Shown here: positions 9,466 through 19,056 of the stretch, piece by piece | Layout: every line of letters starts with the position of its first letter | Position numbering within the stretch: position 1 is the stretch's first letter | NCBI GenBank assembly: GCA_031366635.1 | Contig: JANLOP010000066.1 | Span: forward strand, 3,823-67,822 | Source of the DNA: Betaproteobacteria bacterium | GTDB lineage: Bacteria > Pseudomonadota > Gammaproteobacteria > Burkholderiales > Burkholderiaceae_C | Direction of reading: 5' to 3' | Length of the DNA: 64,000 bases | Translations under genes and position numbers: made by a program | Notes under the pieces: generated by a model | Databases searched by the model: none | The model's input: only the letters and a program-made list of their open reading frames with translations | Told to the model about the DNA's origin: nothing

Positions 9466-10920
9466 TCAGCCCTGCACCTGCCGGATCACCGGCAACAAGG
9501 CGTCCAGATTTGATTCGACCTCGAGTTTGAATATCGAGCTGGTCTGGTCGGTGGCCAGGCGGGGCAGGCGGGTGGCGATGACGACAATGTTTTTCAAGGT
9601 CCGGTTCAGATCATCGGCCATGATTTCAGCCGCCGCCTTGACCATCGCGTATTCGGTCATGCCCTTCGGCCGGTCGGTGATGAAGACGGTGGACGGCAGG
9701 TAAATCTTTAATTTACGCTGCCGGTCAATGCGGTTCAAATCCTGGCAGAGCTGGTAGAAGCGGCGCAGGTAGAAATCTGCAAAAACATCGAAAACCGCCT
9801 GGTCAAACAAGCCAGTTCGTTTTGAGTAGATTCTTGGCGTCGCAAAATAGTAAACCGCGTCCAGCGTGGCGCTATCGATGGCCAGGCTGGCGAGGTCTTG
9901 GGCTTTCAAATCCAGCGCATGCACCTGGCAGGGCCCGAGGGCGTTGCCGTTGATATCGGCTGCCACCGCCCTGGCATCGTCCTGGCCAGCGGCAAACGTG
10001 ATGTGCACCTGCGCCCCGCCAGCCGCCAGTATTTTGGCGGTCGCCTCGCCCAGGCCTCTTGAGCCGCCAATCACCAGCGCGCGCTGCCCCTTGAATTCAA
10101 CCGGGCCGACGCGCAATGCCACCTCGCGCGACGACGGCTGGGTTTGCGGTGGCGGGCGTCGAAATGCTTTTAATTCGCCGGCCAGCAAGCCGGTGAACGA
10201 TACGGTGAACAGCCGGAAGCGTGGATCGTATTTGTCCACCCTGAATCGAAGTATCTCGGCGGGCGTTGCAGCGTTGGCCAGGCTGAAGCGCAGCGACGAA
10301 AACACCGAGTGCAGGCCGGGGCACACCATGCCGACCAAAAACGACAGCCCGGCAATGGCCGACAGGCCGTCGTCCCCCAGCACCCCGGCCACGTCGGGAA
10401 ACAGGCCCGCCAGGCCGTTCGGCGCGGCCGCCAGCACCATCACCTGGCCCACCTGTTGCTCGGGTGGCTCATCCAGCGGCGCCGCTGCCGCTGCCAGGTG
10501 TCGAAGCGGTGACCCGGCAGCGGCGTTTGGCGCCGCGCCGGCGGTGCCCGGCTCGACCTGGGCGCTGTCGATGACCACCTCGGTGCACACCAGGCCGTCG
10601 ACCGACGCGGTAATCACCGGCCGGCCTTCGGCGTCGCGGCAGTGCGCGAAAACAACAACATCACCCACATTGACCGGATTGGCAAAGCTGCACGCGATGC
10701 CGGCCGGCCGCGTCGGGTGTGCCGCCAACCACCATTGCAAGGCGCACAGCAAAGTATGGATGCCGTGCACCACCGCCTGGCCCGACAGCAGCCGGCGCGC
10801 CGCAACGGCGTCCACATGCATCGGATTGAAGTCGCCCGACGCCTGCGCAAACCCCAGTTGGTCTTGCGCGTTGAATACTCGCTCACCGAGCAATTGCGGT
10901 GCGATGGGGTCGAGAGTCAT
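9466..10920 (-). CDS. MaoC-type (double hot-dog) dehydratase fused to SDR ketoreductase
   Basis: FAQASGDFNPMHVD...VVHGI (hydratase-2 motif); C-terminal LVIGGSRGLG (Rossmann) and YAMVK (YxxxK). Start taken at MTLDPIAP. Confidence 0.85.
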   Translation of the reverse strand: MTLDPIAPQLLGERVFNAQDQLGFAQASGDFNPMHVDAVAARRLLSGQAVVHGIHTLLCALQWWLAAHPTRPAGIACSFANPVNVGDVVVFAHCRDAEGRPVITASVDGLVCTEVVIDSAQVEPGTAGAAPNAAAGSPLRHLAAAAAPLDEPPEQQVGQVMVLAAAPNGLAGLFPDVAGVLGDDGLSAIAGLSFLVGMVCPGLHSVFSSLRFSLANAATPAEILRFRVDKYDPRFRLFTVSFTGLLAGELKAFRRPPPQTQPSSREVALRVGPVEFKGQRALVIGGSRGLGEATAKILAAGGAQVHITFAAGQDDARAVAADINGNALGPCQVHALDLKAQDLASLAIDSATLDAVYYFATPRIYSKRTGLFDQAVFDVFADFYLRRFYQLCQDLNRIDRQRKLKIYLPSTVFITDRPKGMTEYAMVKAAAEIMADDLNRTLKNIVVIATRLPRLATDQTSSIFKLEVESNLDALLPVIRQVQG

Positions 10921-11267
10921 GGCGGGGCGGCTGGGTGGCGACGAAGGGCTGAACCGCACATTCTGACGGCGCCGGTCACCGGGCCTCGCAGCCGCGCCAC
11001 GCGCCGATGCGCTCAGTCGGGCAAATGGGTGACCTTTTTGGCAGGGCCCTGCACAGGCCGGCAAGGGCCGGCATTGCACGTCATGGTAGCCTTCAAAGGC
11101 AAGCCGTTGCGGGCTGGCGGGCTGATGCCGAATCGTCACGCCTGAATCGACAGTCGTGACTCGACAATCCTGAATCACCGACCCCGCAGCGACCGTCACG
11201 AATCGCCATTCCAGCCGGGGCTTTGTGCCGGCCTGTCGTTGCAGCCCCGTCAATACTCTGCGTTTGA

Positions 11268-13136
11268 ATGACAACCACCGACCTCGAAAAACTGCTGTCG
11301 CGCCAAAGCCTGGCGCAATTGCGGGCTGACATCAGCGCCGGCAAATCACCCAACAGCCCGGCCCAGGCCCAGCAAATCGCCGCCCACGCCAAATCGCTGA
11401 CGCCCAGCCCCAGGCCGCTGCGGCTGGCCATCGTGCACACCTACACCAGTGAGTTGCTCGACCCCTGGCTTGACCTGGCGGGCGCGCTGCAAGGCCTGGC
11501 CGTGCACACCTACCACGCGCCCTATGGCCTGGCGCTGCAAGAAGCGGCAGCGGGGTCGGCACTGCTGCGACACGCGCCCGACCTGACGCTGTTGATGCTG
11601 CGGCGCGAAGATCTGCACCCCGGCTTTCTGCAGCCGGTGGCCGGCCTGCGTGCCGAGGCGCAAGACGCGCTGCGGGCGCAGGCGCTGGGCCGCCTGCGCG
11701 AGATTGTTTTGCACTTCAGGGCCCAGCCGGTCGGCCATTTGGTGTTGACAATCCTGCCCGCCCTGGCCAAGCCGGCGCTGGGTTTTTATGACGCGCAAGC
11801 CGAGTCGTCGGAGGCGCAATTTTGGGCCGCCTGCAAAGCTGAATTGGGCCAGTGGCTGCGGCAAAGCGTGCCGTCGGCGTTGTTTCTTGATCTGGATGAG
11901 GTCTTGCTGCAAGTCGGCCGGTCGAGTTTCTTTGACCGTCGATTCTGGTATTCATCGCGCTTCCCGTTCTCGGCCGAGGCCGCTGGCGACGTCGCCCGGC
12001 GTATCGTCGCCATCGGCACGGTGCTGGGCCGCCCGAGGGCCAAAGTCCTGGTGCTGGATGCCGACAACACGCTGTGGGGCGGCATTATCGGCGAGGACGG
12101 GATGGCCGGCATCGCACTCGGCCCCGATTACCCGGGCAGTTTGTTTGTTGATTTTCAGCGCCGCATCCTGGATTTACAACAACGCGGCTTTATTCTCGCG
12201 CTGTGCAGTAAAAACAATGCCGCCGATGTTGACCAGGTGCTGCAAAACCATCCCCACCAGTTGTTGCGCGACGGCCACTTTGCAGCGCGCCGGGTGAACT
12301 GGATCGCCAAGCCCGAGAATTTGAAATCGCTCGCCGCCGAACTCAATCTGGGCCTCGATTCATTCATCTTTGTCGATGACAGTGACCATGAGTGCGCGGC
12401 CGTCCGCCATGCCTTGCCGCAGGTCGAGGTGGTGCAAGTGCCGTCGCGCGTGATCGACATGCCGACCTGCCTTGACCAGGTGGCCCGGCTTGAAGTGCTG
12501 GCCTTGACGAGTGAGGACGGGGCCAAGACAGCGTTGTATGCGCAGGAGCGCCAGCGCCGGGATTTGAACAACGATATCGAGCGCAGCGGCGGTGGCGCCG
12601 GCGATTATCTTTTGCGCCTCGACATGCGCATGCATATCGAGCTGGCGGCACTCGCCCACGTGCCCAGGCTCAGCCAACTGACGAACAAGACCAACCAGTT
12701 CAACCTCACCACGCGGCGCTATGACGAGCAGCGTGTGCGGGCGATGGTATTGGACCCGGGCTGGATCGTGGCCGATTTTTCACTCGCCGATGTGTTTGGC
12801 GACAGTGGCCTTGTGGGCCTGGCGCTGTTGCAGCGCAGCACGCCCCGCAACGCCAGGCTGGACACCTTTTTGATGTCGTGCCGGGTGATCGGGCGCGACG
12901 CCGAAGCGGCATTTTTGCAAGCCCTGCTGCGCCATTTGGCCGGGCTGGGCATCGAGGGCGTGCAAGCCGAGTTTCTGCCGACCGCCAAAAATGAACTGGC
13001 CCGGTTATTTTTGCCGAGCCAGGGTTTTGTCGCCGATGCGCAGGGAATTTACTGGCGCGATCTGCGCGCGCTGGCGCCCAGGGCGGCGGACGAGTTTCCG
13101 ATCAAGATCATGTTCGACGCCTGCGCCGCACTGTAG
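11268..13136 (+). CDS. FkbH-like HAD-IIIC glyceryl-ACP transferase/phosphatase
   Basis: LVLDADNTLWGG (HAD motif I), CSKNN, FVDDS, KTNQFNLTTRRY, D.FGDSGLVG and FLMSCRVIGR motifs. Confidence 0.92.
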   Translation: MTTTDLEKLLSRQSLAQLRADISAGKSPNSPAQAQQIAAHAKSLTPSPRPLRLAIVHTYTSELLDPWLDLAGALQGLAVHTYHAPYGLALQEAAAGSALLRHAPDLTLLMLRREDLHPGFLQPVAGLRAEAQDALRAQALGRLREIVLHFRAQPVGHLVLTILPALAKPALGFYDAQAESSEAQFWAACKAELGQWLRQSVPSALFLDLDEVLLQVGRSSFFDRRFWYSSRFPFSAEAAGDVARRIVAIGTVLGRPRAKVLVLDADNTLWGGIIGEDGMAGIALGPDYPGSLFVDFQRRILDLQQRGFILALCSKNNAADVDQVLQNHPHQLLRDGHFAARRVNWIAKPENLKSLAAELNLGLDSFIFVDDSDHECAAVRHALPQVEVVQVPSRVIDMPTCLDQVARLEVLALTSEDGAKTALYAQERQRRDLNNDIERSGGGAGDYLLRLDMRMHIELAALAHVPRLSQLTNKTNQFNLTTRRYDEQRVRAMVLDPGWIVADFSLADVFGDSGLVGLALLQRSTPRNARLDTFLMSCRVIGRDAEAAFLQALLRHLAGLGIEGVQAEFLPTAKNELARLFLPSQGFVADAQGIYWRDLRALAPRAADEFPIKIMFDACAAL

Positions 13137-13196
13137 TGCGTTATTTTTGGGCCGCCCGGCGCCGGGCGGCGTTGCCCACCGTCAAAGGCCCGGCTG

Positions 13197-13454
13197 ATGA
13201 CAGCCAGGATGAATCCAATGAATCTGTTCGAAAAACTGCAACAAACCATCAGCAGCACACTGAAAGTGGCGCCCGCCAAAATAACCGAGACCACCCGGGA
13301 TGAGGATGTGGCCGCTTGGGACTCACTTGGCCAGGTTAATTTGATCATGGCCCTTGAGCAGGCTTTTGACATTTATATCGAAGTTGAAGATTTCGGCAAT
13401 CTGAATTCAGTGCCGGCTATCCTGGAGTTTCTCGGCAAACAAGGCATCGCGTGA
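13197..13454 (+). CDS. Acyl carrier protein (FkbH-associated); true start may be 13209 or 13218
   Basis: About 80 aa, acidic, WDSLGQVNL phosphopantetheine site. Confidence 0.9.
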   Translation: MTARMNPMNLFEKLQQTISSTLKVAPAKITETTRDEDVAAWDSLGQVNLIMALEQAFDIYIEVEDFGNLNSVPAILEFLGKQGIA

Positions 13455-15316
13455 CGCTGGCCGTTGCCGACGCAGCCGCGCTGGCCGCGCACCCCGGCGC
13501 GCCGCATGCTTTTGTGCTGGCCGGCACCAAAGGGCCGCTTTGCGCCTGGTACTTTGCCCCGGCTGCGGATGTGGCGCCGCTGGGCGATGTGCTGGTGGTG
13601 CCGCCGTTCGGCGAGGAGATGAACCGCTGCCGGGCCATGGTGGCCCTGCAGGCGAGGGCGCTGGCCCGCATCGGTGCCGGCACCCTGGTGCTTGATCCCT
13701 TTGGCACGGGCGACAGTGCGGGTGAGTTTGTCGATGCCGATTGGGACATCTGGCGCGATGATCTGCTGCGCGGTGTGGCCTGGTTGACGCGCTTCGGCCA
13801 CGGCTGCTGCGGGCTGCTGGGTATCCGGCTGGGCGCCATCATGGCCGCCGAGCTGGCCAGCCAATGCCCCGAGATCGGGCATTTGATCTTCTGGCAGCCG
13901 GTGCTGAACGGCAAAACATTCCAGACCCAGTTCTTGCGGATTCGGGTCGCGGCCGAGATGAACCGGCCCGACCGCATCAAATCCACGAATCAGTTGCGCG
14001 CGCTGTCGGCTGCTGGCCAGCCGGTCGAGGTGTCGGGTTACCAGCTTGGCCCGGCGCTGGCGCTGGCATTGGACGGTCTCGTGCTGCCCGAGGCCACGCT
14101 GCTGCCGCCGGTCGAGACCGACTGGTTCGAGATTGCCGCCGATGCCGCAGCGGCGCCGCCACCGGCCACGGCCAAGGCGGTGGCGGCACTGCGCCAGGCC
14201 GGCGCCGCGCTGCGCTTTGCCCAGGTCAGCGGGCCGCCGTTCTGGCAGGTTCATGAGCGCGAGCTGGCGCCCAATCTGGTGTCGGCCACCGCCGCGCGGG
14301 TGGCGGCGTGGGGTCCGGCGGCGGCACACCAGCCGCCGCTGCACGCCGGCCTGGCCCGCCTGTTGCCGGCCGACCTGTCGGCTGACCTGCCGGCTGACCT
14401 GTCGGCTGAAGCGTCGGCCAGACTGCCGGCTGGCCTGCCGACCGCGCTGGCCGAGACGCCACTGACCCTGCCGTGCCATGACGACCATCTTTGCGCCGTG
14501 CTGCACCCGGCAAAAAGCCCGGGCCAGCGCGGTGCGGTGATCGTGGTGGCGGGTGGGCCGCAATACCGCGCCGGTGCGCATCGGCAGTTTGTCAGCCTGG
14601 CGCGCAAGCTGGCTGAAAATGCCTGCGCGGTATTGCGCTTTGATTTGCGCGGCATGGGCGACAGCAGTGGCACTTACCTCGGATTTGAGCAGTCCGAGCC
14701 CGATATCCGGGCCGCCATCGATGCCTTCATCGTGCAGCAGCCGCTGCTGCGCGAGATTGTGTTGATCGGTGAATGCGAATCCGCATCGGGGATTTTGTTT
14801 TATGCCTGGCGCGACCCTCGGGTGAAGGGCGTGGTGCTGGTCAATCCGTGGGTGCGAACCGAAGAGGGCCGGGCCCAGGTGATTGTCAACCACTATTACC
14901 TGGATCGACTTCGGTCGCCCGAGTTCTGGGCCCTGGTGCGGCGCCGACAGTTTGATGTGCGGGCCTCTGTCAAATCGATGGTCAGCGTGCTGCGGGCTTA
15001 TGTGCGCGGCAAATACATGTTTGCGCGGGCCAGCGCCAACCATGCGCCAGACGATATCTCCGGCCTGCCCCTGCCGGTGAAAACCGCCGTCGGCCTGAGC
15101 CGTTATAAAGGCCAGGTGCTGCTGCTGATGAGCGGCAATGATTATATTGCGCGCGAGTTTGACGAGGTCACCAGCGCGTCACGCGCCTGGGACGGGCTGT
15201 TGACCGACCCGCGCGTGCTGCGCCGTGACATCGACGGCGCCGACCATACTTTTTCAAAAGCGGTCTGGAAAAATGCCGCCGCCGCTGCGGTGGTCGACTG
15301 GTTGCGCGGCTGGTAG
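13451..15316 (+). CDS. Fusion of exosortase A-associated hydrolase 2 (N-terminal) and hydrolase 1 (C-terminal), alpha/beta hydrolase fold
   Basis: N half: PPFGEEMNRCR, GTGDSAG, GIRLGA, WQPVLNG...QFLR. C half: GGPQYRAGAHRQFV, RFDLRGMGDS, NPWVRTE, HYY, GADHTFS. GTGA overlap with the ACP stop. Confidence 0.88.
   Translation: MTLAVADAAALAAHPGAPHAFVLAGTKGPLCAWYFAPAADVAPLGDVLVVPPFGEEMNRCRAMVALQARALARIGAGTLVLDPFGTGDSAGEFVDADWDIWRDDLLRGVAWLTRFGHGCCGLLGIRLGAIMAAELASQCPEIGHLIFWQPVLNGKTFQTQFLRIRVAAEMNRPDRIKSTNQLRALSAAGQPVEVSGYQLGPALALALDGLVLPEATLLPPVETDWFEIAADAAAAPPPATAKAVAALRQAGAALRFAQVSGPPFWQVHERELAPNLVSATAARVAAWGPAAAHQPPLHAGLARLLPADLSADLPADLSAEASARLPAGLPTALAETPLTLPCHDDHLCAVLHPAKSPGQRGAVIVVAGGPQYRAGAHRQFVSLARKLAENACAVLRFDLRGMGDSSGTYLGFEQSEPDIRAAIDAFIVQQPLLREIVLIGECESASGILFYAWRDPRVKGVVLVNPWVRTEEGRAQVIVNHYYLDRLRSPEFWALVRRRQFDVRASVKSMVSVLRAYVRGKYMFARASANHAPDDISGLPLPVKTAVGLSRYKGQVLLLMSGNDYIAREFDEVTSASRAWDGLLTDPRVLRRDIDGADHTFSKAVWKNAAAAAVVDWLRGW
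14363..14409 (+). repeat. 12-bp tandem repeat encoding the LPADLSAD linker between the fused hydrolase domains
   Basis: About 4 units of (c/t)tg(c/t)cggc(c/t)gac. Confidence 0.8.
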
Positions 15317-15338
15317 CCGCGCCGGTCGAGGCCCAGCG

Positions 15339-16184
15339 TCAGTTGGCCGGCGCTGATCCGGCCTCGGCGGCGGCCGATGCGGCGGGCGCCGACGCTGCTG
15401 GCGCCACCGCTGCGGGCTCGCGCCATTTGCCGGCGGCCTGCAGCCGGTCTTGCAATTCTGGTTTGGCAAAACCCAGCGCCAGCGCCTGGTGCGACTGCGC
15501 CAGGGCGTTGTCAAAATCATTAAGGTCGAGGTAAATCAGGCCGATGTTGTAGTGGGTAAAACCATTGTCCTTGGCGTGGAAGTCGGTGATTTCCAGTTGT
15601 TTGGCGGCGTCGGCCTTGCGGCCATTGCCGATCAGGTATTTGGCGTAAATCATGCGGGCCACCACATCGTCCGGCCGAAACGTCAGCGCACGGATAAAAA
15701 AGCATTCCACCGAATAAGCCGCACCCGGCGGCACATTCGTCTTGAGCTTGGCGCCGAGATTCATCATCGACACCAGCGCCCGGTGGTGGTTGGGGAAGGC
15801 CCGCAGCGTGAAGGTCAACTCCGCCCCCAACGTCCCGGTATTGCCGCGCACCAGCGATTCAATATTCCAGGTGAAGTGGTTGGATTCCACCACCTGGCGT
15901 TGCGCGCCTTGCACCACCCGGTAGTCATACGGCATGTAAGAGCCGTTGGCAAAAGGGTTGCCGCAGCCGGTGTCGGCTTGTGCGGCGGCTTGTGCGGCGG
16001 CTTGTGCGGCAGTTTGCGCCGCCAGCGTTGGCGGCAGTAAATACCCCGCCAGCGCCAGCAGCGTTGGCAAGGCCTTGCAAACCAGCGCCAGCGCCAACCG
16101 CAAAGCGCCGCCCCCGGATGGCGCCTGGCGCTGGCGCGAGCGGGCTGACACAGGGTTTGACCGGCTCAAACGGGGCAGTTTCAT
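15339..16184 (-). CDS. Exported tetratricopeptide-repeat protein
   Basis: Signal/TM region, FPNHHRAL, TPR-like FTHYNIGLIYLDLNDFDNALAQSHQALALG. Confidence 0.75.
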   Translation of the reverse strand: MKLPRLSRSNPVSARSRQRQAPSGGGALRLALALVCKALPTLLALAGYLLPPTLAAQTAAQAAAQAAAQADTGCGNPFANGSYMPYDYRVVQGAQRQVVESNHFTWNIESLVRGNTGTLGAELTFTLRAFPNHHRALVSMMNLGAKLKTNVPPGAAYSVECFFIRALTFRPDDVVARMIYAKYLIGNGRKADAAKQLEITDFHAKDNGFTHYNIGLIYLDLNDFDNALAQSHQALALGFAKPELQDRLQAAGKWREPAAVAPAASAPAASAAAEAGSAPAN

Positions 16185-16611
16185 GGGGCGATCAATGCGG
16201 TGGTGGGCCGGGGCAGCGCAAAAGCGAGGCCAGGATTGAGGTGCGGCCCGGCAAGTCTACCCGCCTGTGCTGTGGCCAGCGCCGGTTGTACAGCGCCGGT
16301 GGTGCAGGGCCGACGCGCGGCACAACGCCGCCCGGTTTGCCGCCCGAGGCGCAGCGCGGCCGGCCCGCCAGCGCACGCCAGCACCTGCCAGCACGCGACA
16401 GCCCCTGCTTTTGCTGTTTCCGTCCAATCGATCACGCACCCGGGCGCCGACCCGCTTTGCGCCTGATGCACGCAAAGCGCCGCAAGCGTTTGAATTCATT
16501 GGAATTTCAAACCAATCATTGGCGCTGGCGCTGGCCTGGCCCGGCGCACGGCGTGCGACAATTTAAAGCTGGGTGGTTTTGCCAAACGCCCATCTGAACC
16601 GCCCACCAAGG

Positions 16612-17367
16612 ATGCCCATGCGCTCAGTCGAATCCGCCGCCATCGAAGATGCTGATTACCGTGCCAGTCACTTGGTCAAGGGCAGCCAGTACGATGCCAA
16701 TTTGGCCGAATCACCTTTTGATGCCTATATGTCGGCCTGGGAGCGGCGCTTGCTGCCGGCTATCGTCAGCCGGTTTTACCCGGGCGGGCCCGAGCGTTAC
16801 CTTGATTTTGCCTGCGGCACCGGCCGTATCTCAGCGCTAATTGCGCCGCTGGCCCGGCATTCAACAGCGGTTGACATTTCACCGACGATGGCCGCCGAAG
16901 CGCAAAAAAAATGCCCAAACACCCGGTTTTTCATCGGCGATTTAACCCAACAAGACCCTGATCTGGGCCAATTTAACCTGGCGACCTCTTTTCGATTTTT
17001 CGGCAATGCGCAGGATGAGTTGCGTGACGGTGCACTGGCCGCCATTGCCAAGCGCATCACGCCCGGCGGCCATCTGATCATCAACAGCCACCGCAACCCG
17101 CGCGCGCTTTTTGCGTTGTTCGACCGATTGAAAGGCGGCCAGAGTGGCAGCATGGATTTGCACCTGCCCAAATTGCGCGCGCTGCTGGCACGGCATGGTT
17201 TGAATATCGTCGCCCTGCAACCCATCGGCGCCTGGATGTACCGCCACAGCATCATGCTGACCACCCGCGCGGATGAGCGCCGGGCTGAAAAAAACGAGGC
17301 CCGCTTCAGCCACCCGGTGTTTGCATCGATTGCACCCGACACGATTGTCGTTGCACAAAAACGCTGA
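16612..17367 (+). CDS. Class I SAM-dependent methyltransferase
   Basis: YLDFACGTGRI motif I, AVDISPTM, ITPGGHLII. Confidence 0.88.
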   Translation: MPMRSVESAAIEDADYRASHLVKGSQYDANLAESPFDAYMSAWERRLLPAIVSRFYPGGPERYLDFACGTGRISALIAPLARHSTAVDISPTMAAEAQKKCPNTRFFIGDLTQQDPDLGQFNLATSFRFFGNAQDELRDGALAAIAKRITPGGHLIINSHRNPRALFALFDRLKGGQSGSMDLHLPKLRALLARHGLNIVALQPIGAWMYRHSIMLTTRADERRAEKNEARFSHPVFASIAPDTIVVAQKR

Positions 17368-17392
17368 CGCGCCTGCCGGCGGCGGCGGCCCG

Positions 17393-18157
17393 ATGGATAT
17401 CGAGTATCCCTACGCGGCAAATGCGGATCGGCTGCGCCTGCTCTATCGCCTGCCTACCGCGCCGGCGCCGCAGCGCTTGCTGATTGTCGCCGCCAACGGC
17501 AGCGGCGCGTCAGTGGGCCAGGGCTGGCCCGGTGACGTCACCGTCGTGGCGTTGGCGGCCATTGACACGGTGTTGGCCGGCGGGCCGGCCCGGTTCGATG
17601 CAGTCGCCCTGCCCTCGATATTGGGGGTAACGGGCATGCCGGGAGTAACGGGCTTGCCGGGGGTTTCGGGCGTATCGGGCGTATCGGGAGCATCGGGGAC
17701 GGGCAATATCGCCCTTGCCGGCCCGGCCCCCCGCATCCGCAACAGCCAGTTGTTGGCACAAGTGGCCGGATTGCTGGTGCCGGGCGGCACGCTGGTGGGC
17801 CACATGGTGCACGGCTGGGCGCTGCGCAGCATTGCAAACACTCAAGGCCTGCGCGACGTGGTGGCCGCCCGCATCGAGCCCGATGCGATCTGCCGGCCGG
17901 CCGACTGTTTACGCGCGCTGGCGCGCGCCGGATTCAATTCAGCAGAATGTTTTTATATCCAGCCCAGCATTGACGCACCGATGGGCTTGATTCCCGGCCA
18001 GCGCCGCGCCGGCCGGGTACAGTTTCTGCGCGCCATTCGGTCGGCGCGCAGCGGATACTCAGTCAGCGGTTATGCCTTCCGGCTGGCGATGGCCGGTCTG
18101 GGCCTGGGCGGCATGTTTCAAAGCCAATTGTTTTTCTGGGCCCGCAAGCCATGTTGA
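17393..18157 (+). CDS. Degenerate methyltransferase-like protein with Gly-X-Y repeat insert
   Basis: RFDAVAL and LLVPGGTLVG resemble late MTase motifs; motif I not recognisable; overlaps the next gene. Confidence 0.55.
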   Translation: MDIEYPYAANADRLRLLYRLPTAPAPQRLLIVAANGSGASVGQGWPGDVTVVALAAIDTVLAGGPARFDAVALPSILGVTGMPGVTGLPGVSGVSGVSGASGTGNIALAGPAPRIRNSQLLAQVAGLLVPGGTLVGHMVHGWALRSIANTQGLRDVVAARIEPDAICRPADCLRALARAGFNSAECFYIQPSIDAPMGLIPGQRRAGRVQFLRAIRSARSGYSVSGYAFRLAMAGLGLGGMFQSQLFFWARKPC

Positions 18158-19056
18158 GCCCGGTGCTGGATTTGTTGTCGGCGCGGCGCTGGTTTGATAC
18201 CAGCTTGCCGTTCGAGACATCGGTGCATTTGACGCAGGGCGCTTGCGTCTGGTTGTTGCTGTCTCGCGCTGGCGTCGGCGATACCCATGTCAAGTTCTCT
18301 GAGCACATCAGCCTGCGCGACGAAGCGGCCCGCTGCGAAGCGGCCAGCCGGTGTTATCCATCGCTGGTGCCGCGCTTTGTCGGCCGTGCCGTGGTCGGCG
18401 GCCTGGACGTGCTGGTCTGCCGCTCGGTGGACTTCCGCGCCACAGACGCCGCATTCCTGCTCAAACCGGCAACCCGCCCGCCCGTCCGTCTGGGTTTGCT
18501 GGCATATTTTTCGGCGATGCCGTCGGCCGCCGCAGCCGCCGGGCTGGTTGATCTGGCCGTGCTGTCGAACACGGCGTTGTTCAAGGCGCTTGGCGACTAC
18601 AGCGCGGGGCAGTGGCTGGCGCCGCTGGCCCGGCGCTGGCTGGGCGCCCATGCCGGCTTGCTGGCGCGCCTGCCGGCGCTGGCCCAGCACGGGGATTTTG
18701 TGCTGAACAATCTGGGGCGCACCAAACGCGGTGATTTGGTGATATTCGACTGGGAAGATTTCGGCAGCGTCTGCCTGCCCGGCCTGGATTTGTTCACCCT
18801 TGAATTGTCATTGGCCGGCGGCGCTGCGCAGTTTCTCACTGCGCGGGCGCGCCAATCGGTCGGCCTGCGCGCCCTGCGGGCACAAGCTTGTGCGGCCATC
18901 GGCCTGGACCTGGCGGATTATTCGGCGCTGACGCCGATATATGCGCTGGTCTTCCGGTATTTGAAGCGCAACTACGGGCCGGACGTGCGCCAGCAAATGG
19001 ACCGCTTGCTGCTGCAACTCGACGCCGAGCCTGACGCCACCCTGCTGGGAGGTTGA
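18151..19056 (+). CDS. APH/choline-kinase-like phosphotransferase
   Basis: QHGDFVLNNL (Brenner motif) and IFDWED. Confidence 0.8.
   Translation: MLSPVLDLLSARRWFDTSLPFETSVHLTQGACVWLLLSRAGVGDTHVKFSEHISLRDEAARCEAASRCYPSLVPRFVGRAVVGGLDVLVCRSVDFRATDAAFLLKPATRPPVRLGLLAYFSAMPSAAAAAGLVDLAVLSNTALFKALGDYSAGQWLAPLARRWLGAHAGLLARLPALAQHGDFVLNNLGRTKRGDLVIFDWEDFGSVCLPGLDLFTLELSLAGGAAQFLTARARQSVGLRALRAQACAAIGLDLADYSALTPIYALVFRYLKRNYGPDVRQQMDRLLLQLDAEPDATLLGG

Noticed and set aside
13373-15043. Long antisense ORFs (e.g. 13373-15043, 19980-21275, 46366-47922, 53853-55376, 58165-59670)
   Set aside because: Shadow frames of well-supported genes, expected in high-GC DNA; no recognisable motifs.
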